Assembly (NCBI GenBank): GCA_030156305.1 | Contig: JASGMZ010000003.1 | Span: 1-36,415, forward strand | Source of the DNA: Bacteroidales bacterium | Lineage (GTDB): Bacteria > Bacteroidota > Bacteroidia > Bacteroidales > UBA12077 | Direction: 5' to 3' | Length of the DNA stretch: 36,415 nucleotides | The notes under the pieces: generated by a model | Told to the model about the DNA's origin: nothing | The model's input: the letters and a program-made list of their open reading frames with translations, nothing else | The model's database searches: none | Made by a program: the position numbers and the translations under genes | Shown: positions 9,378 through 18,664 of the stretch, piece after piece | Layout: each line of letters starts with the position of its first letter | How positions within the stretch are numbered: the first letter of the stretch is position 1

Positions 9378-10526
9378 ATGAATCTTAATGATTATTTTAA
9401 TCCGGTTGATTTTATTAATAATATAAAATCCTTTGTCAGGCCAGACAAACAGCTTTCTTCCATAGTTGTTCAACATACAAAAGATAATCCGATTGCCAAC
9501 ATTGAGCATTTTCCTTTAGCTATTGTTGGAGTTCCATTAGATGATGAAGATACTGCTAACTCTTTTTTTACTATACGAAAGCAATTATATGGATTAGCGG
9601 CCCCTGATCATAAAATAAAAATATACGATTTAGGGAATTTAAAAAAAGGATTATCTGCAAAAGATACTGAAGCTGCCTTACGAGATGTTGTTATTGAGTT
9701 AATGTCATTAAATATAATTCCTATAATATTAGGAGCTTCCGATAGTGTTATCTATCCCATATATTCAGCTTATCAAAAATTAAGTAAAAATATTAATCTT
9801 GTTTCTATAGATAACAAAATAGATGTGACGGAGGATAGAACGCAGAATACAAAATCTGCTTTATGGAAAATTTTAGTTGAGGAAAACGAGTCATTGTTTA
9901 CCTTTAGTAATATTGGATTTCAATCTCATTTTGTAGGTACAAATACACTTAAATTTATTGCAGATTCTTTACATAACGCTTTCCGGATAGGCACTATACG
10001 AGAAAATATCCAAAATATTGAACCTGTATTTCGTGATGCCGATTTTGTAACCCTTAATATCTCAGCAATAAGGCAGTCGGATGCACCGGGGCAAATGTTC
10101 CCTTCGCCCAATGGATTTTATGGAGAGGAAATATGTCAGCTATCACGTTATGCTGGATTAGGAAATAGACTATCGTCATTTGGCCTTTTTGATTATTCCT
10201 TACTAAACGATAGAAATAACCAAACCGCTCAACTTATTGCACAGATTATCTGGTATTTTATCAATGGTTATAGCTCTCGTATCCTGGAATATCCATTAAA
10301 TAATGACAAGGATTTTAAAAAAATTATTGTAAACCTCGATAATTTTAAATCAGAATTGGTTTTTTACAAAAGTGAAAAAACTCAACGTTGGTGGATTGAG
10401 GTTCCTTCGTTTAAAAATAATAAAGTAAAAAATGTCATTATATCCTGTACACCAGAAGATTATCAAATGGCCTCTCAAGGTGAAGTCCCTGAAAATTGGT
10501 TGAAAGCCTATCAGAAAATTAATTAA
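9378..10526 (+). CDS. Arginase/formiminoglutamase-fold (ureohydrolase superfamily) protein with degenerate metal-binding motifs
   Basis: The three ureohydrolase motifs are recognisable with correct spacing but substituted: ILGASDS for GGDHS, SIDNKID for DAHxD, TLNISAIRQSDAPG for SxDxDxxDPxxAPG. Confidence 0.7.
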   Translation: MNLNDYFNPVDFINNIKSFVRPDKQLSSIVVQHTKDNPIANIEHFPLAIVGVPLDDEDTANSFFTIRKQLYGLAAPDHKIKIYDLGNLKKGLSAKDTEAALRDVVIELMSLNIIPIILGASDSVIYPIYSAYQKLSKNINLVSIDNKIDVTEDRTQNTKSALWKILVEENESLFTFSNIGFQSHFVGTNTLKFIADSLHNAFRIGTIRENIQNIEPVFRDADFVTLNISAIRQSDAPGQMFPSPNGFYGEEICQLSRYAGLGNRLSSFGLFDYSLLNDRNNQTAQLIAQIIWYFINGYSSRILEYPLNNDKDFKKIIVNLDNFKSELVFYKSEKTQRWWIEVPSFKNNKVKNVIISCTPEDYQMASQGEVPENWLKAYQKIN

Positions 10527-10697
10527 AAATCACGCATTTAATAAAATAATTGTAGAAAAAGCCTTATTTTTTTTAAACAATAGTAACTTTATTAAATTTA
10601 TAAAGTATAATGTGATATCTTTAAGCAATCGATAAAAGGACAATTTATTTTATTATTTATAAAATTTGTTTAGAAATAATATTTTTACTTATTTTAC

Positions 10698-10717
10698 TAT
10701 ACTAAATCTTTAGTATA
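10698..10717. promoter_or_regulatory. Perfect 9+9 bp palindrome TATACTAAA-TC-TTTAGTATA upstream of porP; candidate operator
   Basis: Read directly: the reverse complement of TATACTAAA is TTTAGTATA. The 2-nt spacer is too short for an RNA hairpin loop, so a DNA-binding site is more likely. It sits 22 nt upstream of ATG 10740. Confidence 0.3.
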
Positions 10718-10739
10718 ATTGAGGAAGACAAAAAATAAC

Positions 10740-11684
10740 ATGAAAAAACAAATATTTTTCTTTACTTTTTTAATGTTTACATCTGTGTTTTTAAAAGCCC
10801 AGCAAGATCCTCAATTTAGTCAGAATATGTTTACGCACCTTTTAACTAATCCTGGTTATGCTGGTAGTAATGATAATATTTCTGTATTTGCTTTAAATCG
10901 AACCCAGTGGACAGGATTTGAAGGAAGCCCCAGGGTTACTACACTTAATATGGATGCTGCAATTAACCCATTTAGAATTCCATTAGGTATTGGTTTATCT
11001 TTACAAAACGATGAATTAGGATTTAATAAAGATTTGCAATTAAATATATCCATTGCTTACAAACAACCATTAGGTGATGGAAATTTAGGGATTGGCGTAA
11101 AATGGGGTGTTGCTAATACAAGTATTACTACCGAAGGTTCTGAATGGATTACCCCTATTGATCCAGTAGAAAACGATAATGCAATCCCTGTTGATGGGAG
11201 CGAAGATATGAGCATGATGGATTTTGGATTCGGAATATTTTATAAAACCGAAGATTTATATTTAGGTATTTCATCTACCCATATTAACCAGGCAGAATTT
11301 AGCCTTGATCAGAGCAAAACCAGATTAACCCGGCATTATTATGTGACAGCAGGATATAACCTGCCTTTTAATAATCCACTGTTTGAATTTAAACCCGGAT
11401 TAATCGTTCAATCTGACGGGAAAAATTCTCAATTAGGGTTTCATGGATTAATTGAATACAATAAAAAGATATGGGGAGGCGTTTCTTTAAGAACAGATTA
11501 TGCAATAACAGGAATCCTGGGCGTTGAATTATTTAAATGGGTTAAGGTTAGTTATTCGTACGATTTTGTTGTGTCAGACATGATGGAATATAATAATGGT
11601 TCGCATGAAATTATGATGGGATTTAGTTTTGATGTTAAAAAAGATAAAACCCCAGAAAGATATAAAAGTATTAGATTTTTATAA
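10740..11684 (+). CDS. porP: PorP/SprF-family type IX secretion system outer-membrane beta-barrel protein
   Basis: Signal peptide MKKQIFFFTFLMFTSVFLKA, then the family-typical mature N-terminus QQDPQFSQNMF...NPGYAG. Ends ...YKSIRFL. Lies directly upstream of gldK, as in the porPKLMN arrangement. I prefer ATG 10740 over the TTG at 10719. Confidence 0.85.
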   Translation: MKKQIFFFTFLMFTSVFLKAQQDPQFSQNMFTHLLTNPGYAGSNDNISVFALNRTQWTGFEGSPRVTTLNMDAAINPFRIPLGIGLSLQNDELGFNKDLQLNISIAYKQPLGDGNLGIGVKWGVANTSITTEGSEWITPIDPVENDNAIPVDGSEDMSMMDFGFGIFYKTEDLYLGISSTHINQAEFSLDQSKTRLTRHYYVTAGYNLPFNNPLFEFKPGLIVQSDGKNSQLGFHGLIEYNKKIWGGVSLRTDYAITGILGVELFKWVKVSYSYDFVVSDMMEYNNGSHEIMMGFSFDVKKDKTPERYKSIRFL

Positions 11685-11736
11685 ATGATAAAAAGAAGAA
11701 TTATTGTTATTTTGCAAAATAAATATTGGAAATATT

Positions 11737-13065
11737 ATGAAAAAATTATTAGTTGTAGGCATTGTTTTAGTATTCACTTTTAGTTGTAGCAAATACAATG
11801 CAGGAGAATTAACCGGAGTTAAGGGCAGAAAAGGTTGGTTTGAATCACAGCCTTACGGAATGGTTTTTGTTCCCATGGGAAGTTATACTATGGGGCCAAG
11901 CGATCAGGATGTAGCCTGGGCAATGAATTCTTTTACCAAAACAGTTTCTGTTGATGCATTTTGGATGGATGCAACCGAAATTACAAACAACGAATATCGG
12001 CAATTTGTTTATTATGTTCGAGATTCCATTATGAGACGAAAACTAGGTGAAGTAATAGAAGATTACCTAATTGCTGAGGATGAGTTTGGGAATCCTATTG
12101 ATCCACCAATTATTAATTGGGATGTTGAAATTGATCCTCGAGATGAAGAGGTTTCTGAAATATTGAATGAATTGTATTTGGCTGAACATGAAAGATTCTA
12201 TCGTAGGAAAGAGATTGATACCCGAAAACTAATGTTTGAGTATTATCGGGTAGATATGCAACAAGCTGCAAAAAAATCGAATCGATACGATTTTAATACA
12301 AGACAATATAATGGAACAGCAATTAATGCGCAAGGAGAAACCATTGATGTAGACGATCGTTCGGCATTTGTAATTCGTGATGTAATTAATGTATATCCTG
12401 ATACATTATGTTGGATAAGCGACTTTACCTATTCATTTAACGAACCCTATACAAATATGTATTTCTGGCATCCTGCTTACGATAACTATCCTGTTGTTGG
12501 GGTTAACTGGAAACAAGCAAGAGCATTTTCTGTTTGGAGAACTCAATATTTGAATGATTATTTAAGAAGTTCTGGAGATGGTTTTGTTCAGGATTTCAGA
12601 TTACCAAATGAAGCGGAGTGGGAGTATGCTGCAAGAGGAAATCTAGATTTGTCAATGTATCCTTGGGGTGGTATGTATACTCGTAATAAGCAAGGTTGTT
12701 TTTTAGCTAACTTTAAACCTTTACGAGGCAACTATATCGATGATGGCGGATTGATTACTGTTGCTGTGGGTAGTTATGCACCAAATGAGTATGGGTTGTT
12801 CGATATGTCAGGAAACGTTTCGGAATGGACTTCAAATGCTTATGATGAATCTGCCTACAGCTTTCAACACGATATGAATCCTGATTATCAATATGAAGCA
12901 TTACCAGATGATCCACCTGCAATGAAACGAAAAATAGTTCGTGGAGGTTCCTGGAAAGACATAGGATATTATTTACAAAATGGAACCAGAACCTATGAAT
13001 ATCAAGATTCAGCAAAATCGTATGTTGGTTTCAGATGTGTAAGAGCATATCTTGGAACAAATTAG
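11737..13065 (+). CDS. gldK: Gliding motility / T9SS lipoprotein GldK (PorK), FGE/SUMF1-fold
   Basis: Lipoprotein signal MKKLLVVGIVLVFTFSC. FGE-fold motifs RLPNEAEWEYAARG, GNVSEWTS and VRGGSW. Operon context. I prefer ATG 11737 over the TTG at 11704. Confidence 0.92.
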   Translation: MKKLLVVGIVLVFTFSCSKYNAGELTGVKGRKGWFESQPYGMVFVPMGSYTMGPSDQDVAWAMNSFTKTVSVDAFWMDATEITNNEYRQFVYYVRDSIMRRKLGEVIEDYLIAEDEFGNPIDPPIINWDVEIDPRDEEVSEILNELYLAEHERFYRRKEIDTRKLMFEYYRVDMQQAAKKSNRYDFNTRQYNGTAINAQGETIDVDDRSAFVIRDVINVYPDTLCWISDFTYSFNEPYTNMYFWHPAYDNYPVVGVNWKQARAFSVWRTQYLNDYLRSSGDGFVQDFRLPNEAEWEYAARGNLDLSMYPWGGMYTRNKQGCFLANFKPLRGNYIDDGGLITVAVGSYAPNEYGLFDMSGNVSEWTSNAYDESAYSFQHDMNPDYQYEALPDDPPAMKRKIVRGGSWKDIGYYLQNGTRTYEYQDSAKSYVGFRCVRAYLGTN

Positions 13066-13093
13066 TTAAAATAATAACTTAAAGTTTTGTATC

Positions 13094-14071
13094 ATGATGA
13101 ACCTAACTGAAATAGTCCAAAGTTCCGGATGGAGAAATTTTATGGCAAAGCTATATGGATGGGGTGCTTCATTAGTAATTATAGGTGCACTATTTAAGCT
13201 GATGCACTGGCCTGCTGCAGGATTAATGCTAACGCTCGGGATGTCAACAGAAGCCATAATATTCTTTTTCTCAGCATTTGAGCCTCAACACGAAGAAGTA
13301 GACTGGACCCTTGTATATCCTGAGTTAGCTGGAATAAACGAAGAAGAGGAGTTTACTCCAAAATCAAGAGCCGAAAGAGATCCTGCATTTGCCAGAGCCG
13401 GTGGTGCGGGGTTAGGTAAACTTGATGAAATGCTTGAAAATGCTGAGATCACACCTGAGCTATTTGAAAAATTAGGTAAAGGATTAAAAAACCTGAATCA
13501 AACAACCCAAAATTTAATGAATGTTTCAGATGCTGCTCAGGCAACCAATCAATTTGTAGATAATTTACAAGCAGCTTCAGAATCCATAAACTCCATGACA
13601 GAAAGCTATGGGCAATCTTCAGAACAACTCACTGATTCAATAGGTAAATTAGTGGAATCTTATACAGGATCAGCCGATGTTATGAATGATGCCGGAAAAA
13701 ATATGGCTGAACAATTTGCCCAATCAAGCCAAGGGTTTGTAGACAATTATAAAAGCCTTGAAGAAAAAATACAAGCGAATATTGAATTGGTAGCTTCTGG
13801 AAATCAGTCATATAATGAAAAATTAGAAATTCTGAATAAAAACTTATCTGCTTTAAATTCAGTGTATGAATTACAAATGCAGAATACAAGTGAGCATGTG
13901 GAATCATCTAAGACCGTATTTAATGAAATGGACGTTCTGATGAATAATATTAAAGATTCAGTTGATGAAACCAAAGCGTATAAAGAAGAAATATCAAAAT
14001 TAAATAGTAATTTAACTGCATTGAATTCTATTTATGGCAATATGCTATCTGCCATGAATGTGGTCAAATAA
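13094..14071 (+). CDS. gldL: Gliding motility / T9SS motor protein GldL (PorL)
   Basis: Two N-terminal TM helices (WGASLVIIGALFKLMHW; LMLTLGMSTEAIIFFFSAF, which carries the intramembrane Glu), then a long coiled, Q/N/E-rich cytoplasmic tail. Positioned between gldK and gldM. Confidence 0.92.
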   Translation: MMNLTEIVQSSGWRNFMAKLYGWGASLVIIGALFKLMHWPAAGLMLTLGMSTEAIIFFFSAFEPQHEEVDWTLVYPELAGINEEEEFTPKSRAERDPAFARAGGAGLGKLDEMLENAEITPELFEKLGKGLKNLNQTTQNLMNVSDAAQATNQFVDNLQAASESINSMTESYGQSSEQLTDSIGKLVESYTGSADVMNDAGKNMAEQFAQSSQGFVDNYKSLEEKIQANIELVASGNQSYNEKLEILNKNLSALNSVYELQMQNTSEHVESSKTVFNEMDVLMNNIKDSVDETKAYKEEISKLNSNLTALNSIYGNMLSAMNVVK

Positions 14072-14100
14072 GAAACAGTTAGTTAGATAATATTATTATT

Positions 14101-15729
14101 ATGGCTCACGGCAAAGAAACTCCCAGGCAGAAAATGATCGGAATGATGTATTTGGTGTTAACGGCCATGTTAGCGCTAAATGTTTCGGCCGAAGTGTTAG
14201 ATGCTTTTACAGCTGTTGATGAGGGATTGAGGAAAACAACTCATAATTATGTGGAAAAAAATAAGGAATTATATAAAGAGTTTGAAGAACAGTATGCCAT
14301 TAACCAGACAAAAGTAAAACCCTGGAAAGAAAAAGCTGATGAAGTTAAAAAAAGATCCGAAGAACTCTATGACTATATACAGAATTTAAAACTTGAATTA
14401 GTTAAAGAAAATCAAGGAGAAGATACAGAGGCTATATCTGAAGATGGAGAAATAATTAATGATCTAATAGCGGGAAAAGATAAAAATGATGTTTCGACCC
14501 GGATTTTAATTGGGTCTAATAATAAAGGCAAAGCCTATGAGTTTAAAAAGATGATTGAAGATTACAGAGATTACTTAATTAGTTTATGTGATCCTAACGA
14601 TCAACGAGTTATTCAATCTATCGAAAGTAATTTGGATACCTCTGATCCTCCAACAAATAATGAAGGCGAAAGTAAATCCTGGGAGGTAAAACATTTTGGA
14701 CAAATGCCACTAGCAGCTGTTATGCCCCTATTAACAAAATTTCAGGTAGATATACGGAACTCTGAAACCGAGATGGTAAGATATCTATTAAACCAGATTG
14801 TAGCAGGAGAAATTACATTTAATAAACTCGAAGCTACCGTTATTCCTAATACTAGTTATGTTTTGCAAGGAAATAGTTATATGGCTGATGTTTTTCTGGC
14901 AGCTGTAGATACTACACAACCACCTATTGTTCTGATTGGAGATTATGATTCAACCCGTTTAGAAGATGGAACCTGGCAATATAATATGGTTGGCGCTTAT
15001 GATACCTTAGAAGTTGTTCAAGGAAAAGGAAAATATCAGGTAAAAGGACAGGCATTGGGTACCCACGAATGGGGTGGGTTAATAAAATTATTGGACCCCA
15101 GTGGAAATTATATCGTTAAATCTTTCCAAAAATCTTATCAGGTTGCGAAACCCAACCTTGTGGTCTCTCCTACCAAAATGAATGTATTTTATGTTGGCGT
15201 TGATAATCCTGTGAGTATTTCTATTGCCGGTGTTCCCGGAAATAAAATTGTACCGTCAATTACTAACGGGCGTATAATAAAACGCTCTGATGGGGAATAT
15301 ATCGTAAGTCCCAAACGTCCTGGTAATAGTTTAGTTACCGTCCAGGCTGAAATTGATGGTGCTATGAAAAATATGGGTACAGCTCAGTTTAGAGTAAAAC
15401 CACTACCCGACCCCGTTGTCAAGGTTGCCGGCAAAAAAGGGGGAAAAATAGAAAAGAATGTTTTAGCCGCTCAATCCGGAGTTTTTGCTGAAATGGAGAA
15501 TTTTGATTTTGACCTGGAGTTTAAAGTTATTGAATTTACTGTATCTACCACTGATCGTGGGGGATATTTTATTGGAGAAAAGGCTGAGGGTACTAATTTC
15601 ACCCAGTCTCAATATAATTTAATTAATAATTTACGCAGAAATTCTCGTGTAAATATTGAAGATGTAAAGGCGGTAGGCCCTGACGGAACTGTTAGAAACC
15701 TACCCCCAATAGTATTTGAAATTATTTAA
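14101..15729 (+). CDS. gldM: Gliding motility / T9SS motor-shaft protein GldM (PorM)
   Basis: Family-typical N-terminus MAHGKETPRQKMIGMMYLVLTAMLALNVS (conserved Arg9 plus a single TM helix) and a long periplasmic region. Operon position fits. Confidence 0.92.
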   Translation: MAHGKETPRQKMIGMMYLVLTAMLALNVSAEVLDAFTAVDEGLRKTTHNYVEKNKELYKEFEEQYAINQTKVKPWKEKADEVKKRSEELYDYIQNLKLELVKENQGEDTEAISEDGEIINDLIAGKDKNDVSTRILIGSNNKGKAYEFKKMIEDYRDYLISLCDPNDQRVIQSIESNLDTSDPPTNNEGESKSWEVKHFGQMPLAAVMPLLTKFQVDIRNSETEMVRYLLNQIVAGEITFNKLEATVIPNTSYVLQGNSYMADVFLAAVDTTQPPIVLIGDYDSTRLEDGTWQYNMVGAYDTLEVVQGKGKYQVKGQALGTHEWGGLIKLLDPSGNYIVKSFQKSYQVAKPNLVVSPTKMNVFYVGVDNPVSISIAGVPGNKIVPSITNGRIIKRSDGEYIVSPKRPGNSLVTVQAEIDGAMKNMGTAQFRVKPLPDPVVKVAGKKGGKIEKNVLAAQSGVFAEMENFDFDLEFKVIEFTVSTTDRGGYFIGEKAEGTNFTQSQYNLINNLRRNSRVNIEDVKAVGPDGTVRNLPPIVFEII

Positions 15730-15746
15730 CATTAAAAGATAAAATT

Positions 15747-16598
15747 ATGAAACGATTTTTTGTTGTTTTTCTTGTTGTTGGGCTTATTACTACTATTTTT
15801 AATGAACAACAAATATTTGCCCAGGAAGAAACTGTAAACGATGGGGTATATGTTAAAGAAAATATACCCGGTAAACGACCCGTTCCTTATCGCCAATTAC
15901 GCGAAGCAGATATTATGTGGTCAAAGAAAATATGGCAGGTTATTGATTGTAGAGAAAAAATGAATCATCCTTTATATTTTCCATTACAAGGGGAGGTGGA
16001 TGATAGAAGGAGTTTAATGAACTTGTTCATGTATGGCATACGTAATGAAGGATTGATTGTTTATAAAGATGATGAATTTAAAGAGATAATGACTTTGGAC
16101 GAAGTGCTGGAGGAATTAGATGCTTTGCCCAAAACACAACGAGTTTCTAATCCCGAAACAGGAGAGTTGGAAGAGAAAGTTATTCCTGGGTCAATTAATT
16201 ATGATGAAATAAGCCAGTACGAAATAAAAGAACAATGGTATTTCGACAAACAACATTCAACCATGCGGGTTCGTATTTTAGGAATTTGCCCTATTAGACG
16301 GTATGTTGATGTAGAAACAGAACAAGCACGAAAAGTAAGAACTTTTTGGGTATATTTCCCCTCAGCTCGTCACTTATTGGCAAATCAGGAAGTGTTTAAC
16401 CGACATAATGATGCACAACGTATAAGTTTTGATGATCTGTTTTTTCAACGACGTTTTAACAGCTATATCATTGCTGAATCAAATGTTTATGATAACAGGC
16501 CAATTAGCTCTTACATGCAAGGTGTAAATAATCTTTTAGAAGCTGAAAAGATTAAACAGGATTTATTTGAAATTGAGCACGACTTATGGGAATATTAA
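15747..16598 (+). CDS. gldN: Gliding motility / T9SS ring protein GldN (PorN)
   Basis: Signal peptide, about 283 aa, last gene of the gldKLMN block. Segments such as READIMWSKKIW and WYFDKQHS are as I recall them for GldN. Confidence 0.88.
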   Translation: MKRFFVVFLVVGLITTIFNEQQIFAQEETVNDGVYVKENIPGKRPVPYRQLREADIMWSKKIWQVIDCREKMNHPLYFPLQGEVDDRRSLMNLFMYGIRNEGLIVYKDDEFKEIMTLDEVLEELDALPKTQRVSNPETGELEEKVIPGSINYDEISQYEIKEQWYFDKQHSTMRVRILGICPIRRYVDVETEQARKVRTFWVYFPSARHLLANQEVFNRHNDAQRISFDDLFFQRRFNSYIIAESNVYDNRPISSYMQGVNNLLEAEKIKQDLFEIEHDLWEY

Positions 16599-16625
16599 TC
16601 TTAAACATATAAGAAATAAGTCAAT

Positions 16626-16656
16626 AAAAAAGAGGTGTTTAAGCACCTCTTTTTTT
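16626..16656. terminator. Bidirectional Rho-independent terminator between convergent gldN and the guanylyltransferase gene
   Basis: AAAAA-AGAGGTG-tttaag-CACCTCT-TTTTTT. A 7-bp stem is flanked by an A-tract and a T-tract, so it can act on both strands. Confidence 0.75.
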
Positions 16657-16683
16657 GTTTTTACAGACTCTTTCTACGGGATG

Positions 16684-17775
16684 CTATAAATATTTATCTC
16701 CCAGTTTTAATTTTATATCGTTTACATACTGTTTTATTTCTTGTTCATCTTCCTTTTTACAAACCAGTAAAATATTGTCAGATTCCACGACAATATAATC
16801 TTGCAACCCTTGCAAAACAACCAGCTTTTCTTCAGGCATTTTTACAATACAATTGTTAAGATTATATGCAAAAACATTGTTTCCCTTAATAGAATTGTTG
16901 TTTTTGTCTTTATCTAAATTTTCGTGAAGTGAACCCCAGGTACCTAAATCAGCCCATCCAAAATCACTACAATAAACAAAAACATTTTCGGCGTTTTCCA
17001 TTATCCCATAATCAATAGAGATATTTTTGCACTCAGAATATGTTTTTGAAATAAATTCATTTTCTTTTTCGGTGTCATAAACCGGAATTCCTTCTTCGAA
17101 TAAAGCATTAACCTCCGGAAGAAAAGTTTCAAATGCTTGCTTAATTGATTTTAACGACCAAATAAATATGCCTGCATTCCAAAAGAACTCACCACTTTCA
17201 TAAAATACCTGAGCTAATTCTTTATTGGGTTTTTCTGTAAATGTTTTCACCTTAGAAATTTGTTGATTTCCGTTTATAGGTTTATTATCCACAACCTGAA
17301 TATATCCATAACCGGTTTCAGGGCGGCTGGGTTTTATTCCTAATGTTAAAAGGGCATCTTTATTTGAAACAAACTCCAGTCCTTCTTCAATAACTTTTAA
17401 GAATTCTTTTTCTTTTATGATTAAGTGGTCCGATGGAGCCGTTACAATATTAGCCTCTGGATTATGTTTTAAGATTTTATAATTGGCATAGGCTATACAG
17501 GGTGCAGTATTTCTTCTTACAGGCTCCAGTAAAATCTGAGATTGTTTTAATTCGGGCAGCTGCTCTTTAACTATTTCGTTGTAATTTAAACTGGTTACGA
17601 TATATATATTTTCTGTTGGACAGACTTGTTTGAACCTATCAAAGGTCATCTGAAGCAATGTTCGTCCGGTTCCTAATATATCTAAAAATTGCTTGGGTTT
17701 TTTTTGCTTGCTTAAAGGCCAGAATCGGCTTCCAACACCCCCAGCCATAATAACACAATAATTATTTTTATTCAT
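16684..17775 (-). CDS. Mannose-1-phosphate guanylyltransferase (nucleotidyltransferase family)
   Basis: N-terminal sugar-nucleotidyltransferase motif YCVIMAGGVGSRFWPLS. At 363 aa it matches the short ManC-type enzymes lacking the isomerase domain. Confidence 0.85.
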   Translation of the reverse strand: MNKNNYCVIMAGGVGSRFWPLSKQKKPKQFLDILGTGRTLLQMTFDRFKQVCPTENIYIVTSLNYNEIVKEQLPELKQSQILLEPVRRNTAPCIAYANYKILKHNPEANIVTAPSDHLIIKEKEFLKVIEEGLEFVSNKDALLTLGIKPSRPETGYGYIQVVDNKPINGNQQISKVKTFTEKPNKELAQVFYESGEFFWNAGIFIWSLKSIKQAFETFLPEVNALFEEGIPVYDTEKENEFISKTYSECKNISIDYGIMENAENVFVYCSDFGWADLGTWGSLHENLDKDKNNNSIKGNNVFAYNLNNCIVKMPEEKLVVLQGLQDYIVVESDNILLVCKKEDEQEIKQYVNDIKLKLGDKYL

Positions 17776-17892
17776 AGCTTAGTAATTTTTTTAATTTACT
17801 AATTTATAAAAACCATAGTAATAAAGTTATAAAATCAACGAATATTCCATTTAAATGTTTTCAATCCTTTAAATTTTACGATTAAAGAATTG

Positions 17893-17900
17893 TATATTTG
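17893..17900 (+). promoter_or_regulatory. Candidate -7 promoter box (TATATTTG) for the MlaEF-like operon
   Basis: Matches TAnnTTTG 24 nt upstream of ATG 17924. Confidence 0.4.
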
Positions 17901-17923
17901 TAAGAATTGAAAACAATACAACA

Positions 17924-18664
17924 ATGAATTTATTTTATCATATAGGTAAATATTCTTTATTGATGAAAAGGGTTTTTACAAAACCCGAAAAATTAAAGAT
18001 TTTTTATAAGGAAACAATTCATGAAATAGATAAGTTAGGGCTAAGCTCCATAAGTATAGTGGCGATTATTTCTGTTTTTATGGGGGCAGTGATAACCATA
18101 CAAACTGCCTATAATACAGAAAACCCGATTTATCCGGCTTATCTTATTGGACTTACGGCACGTGATACATTACTTTTAGAATTTTCATCGACTATTGTGG
18201 CCTTAATTCTAGCTGGGAAAATGGGCTCAAATATTTCATCCGAAATTGGTTCTATGAGAGTTACCGAACAAATTGATGCACTCGAAATCATGGGTATTAA
18301 TTCTGCCAATTATCTTATTTTACCTAAAATAACTGCTGCTGTTCTATTCGCACCATTTTTAACACTTATGAGTATGGTTATTGGCTTATTTGGAGGTTGG
18401 ATTGCCGGTATTAGTACAGGAGTTATGACCTCGCAGCAATATATTTATGGTATTCAATATGCTTTTATTCCATATTATATAACTTATGCACTAATTAAAA
18501 TTGTAATTTTTGTTTTTTTAATAACAACGATTTCATCTTATCATGGATATTATTCCTACGGTGGAGCTTTGGATGTTGGACGGTCAAGTACCAAGGCTGT
18601 AGTTCATAGTAGTATTTTTATTTTGCTGTTTAATGTAATTCTAACCCAACTGTTGTTATCATGA
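17924..18664 (+). CDS. MlaE-family ABC transporter permease
   Basis: 246 aa polytopic membrane protein with MlaE-like segments (EQIDALEIMGINS, LILPKI). The ATGA start/stop overlap with the downstream ATPase indicates translational coupling. Confidence 0.85.
   Translation: MNLFYHIGKYSLLMKRVFTKPEKLKIFYKETIHEIDKLGLSSISIVAIISVFMGAVITIQTAYNTENPIYPAYLIGLTARDTLLLEFSSTIVALILAGKMGSNISSEIGSMRVTEQIDALEIMGINSANYLILPKITAAVLFAPFLTLMSMVIGLFGGWIAGISTGVMTSQQYIYGIQYAFIPYYITYALIKIVIFVFLITTISSYHGYYSYGGALDVGRSSTKAVVHSSIFILLFNVILTQLLLS

Noticed and set aside
10719-10739. TTG-initiated N-terminal extensions in the ORF track for porP (10719) and, likewise, gldK (11704-11736).
   Set aside because: The in-frame ATGs at 10740 and 11737 give canonical signal peptides: MKKQIFFFTFLMF... 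and the lipoprotein signal MKKLLVVGIVLVFTFSC. The extensions would bury these signals.
11737-13065. GldK as an active formylglycine-generating enzyme or sulfatase maturase, because of its FGE/SUMF1-fold motifs.
   Set aside because: Established work on GldK/PorK shows it is a structural outer-membrane-associated ring lipoprotein of the T9SS. The operon context supports that role here, and there are no sulfatase genes nearby.
16635-16859. A 74-aa plus-strand ORF downstream of gldN.
   Set aside because: It starts inside the bidirectional terminator stem-loop and then runs antisense to the well-supported guanylyltransferase gene. Its composition is hydrophobic and low-complexity.
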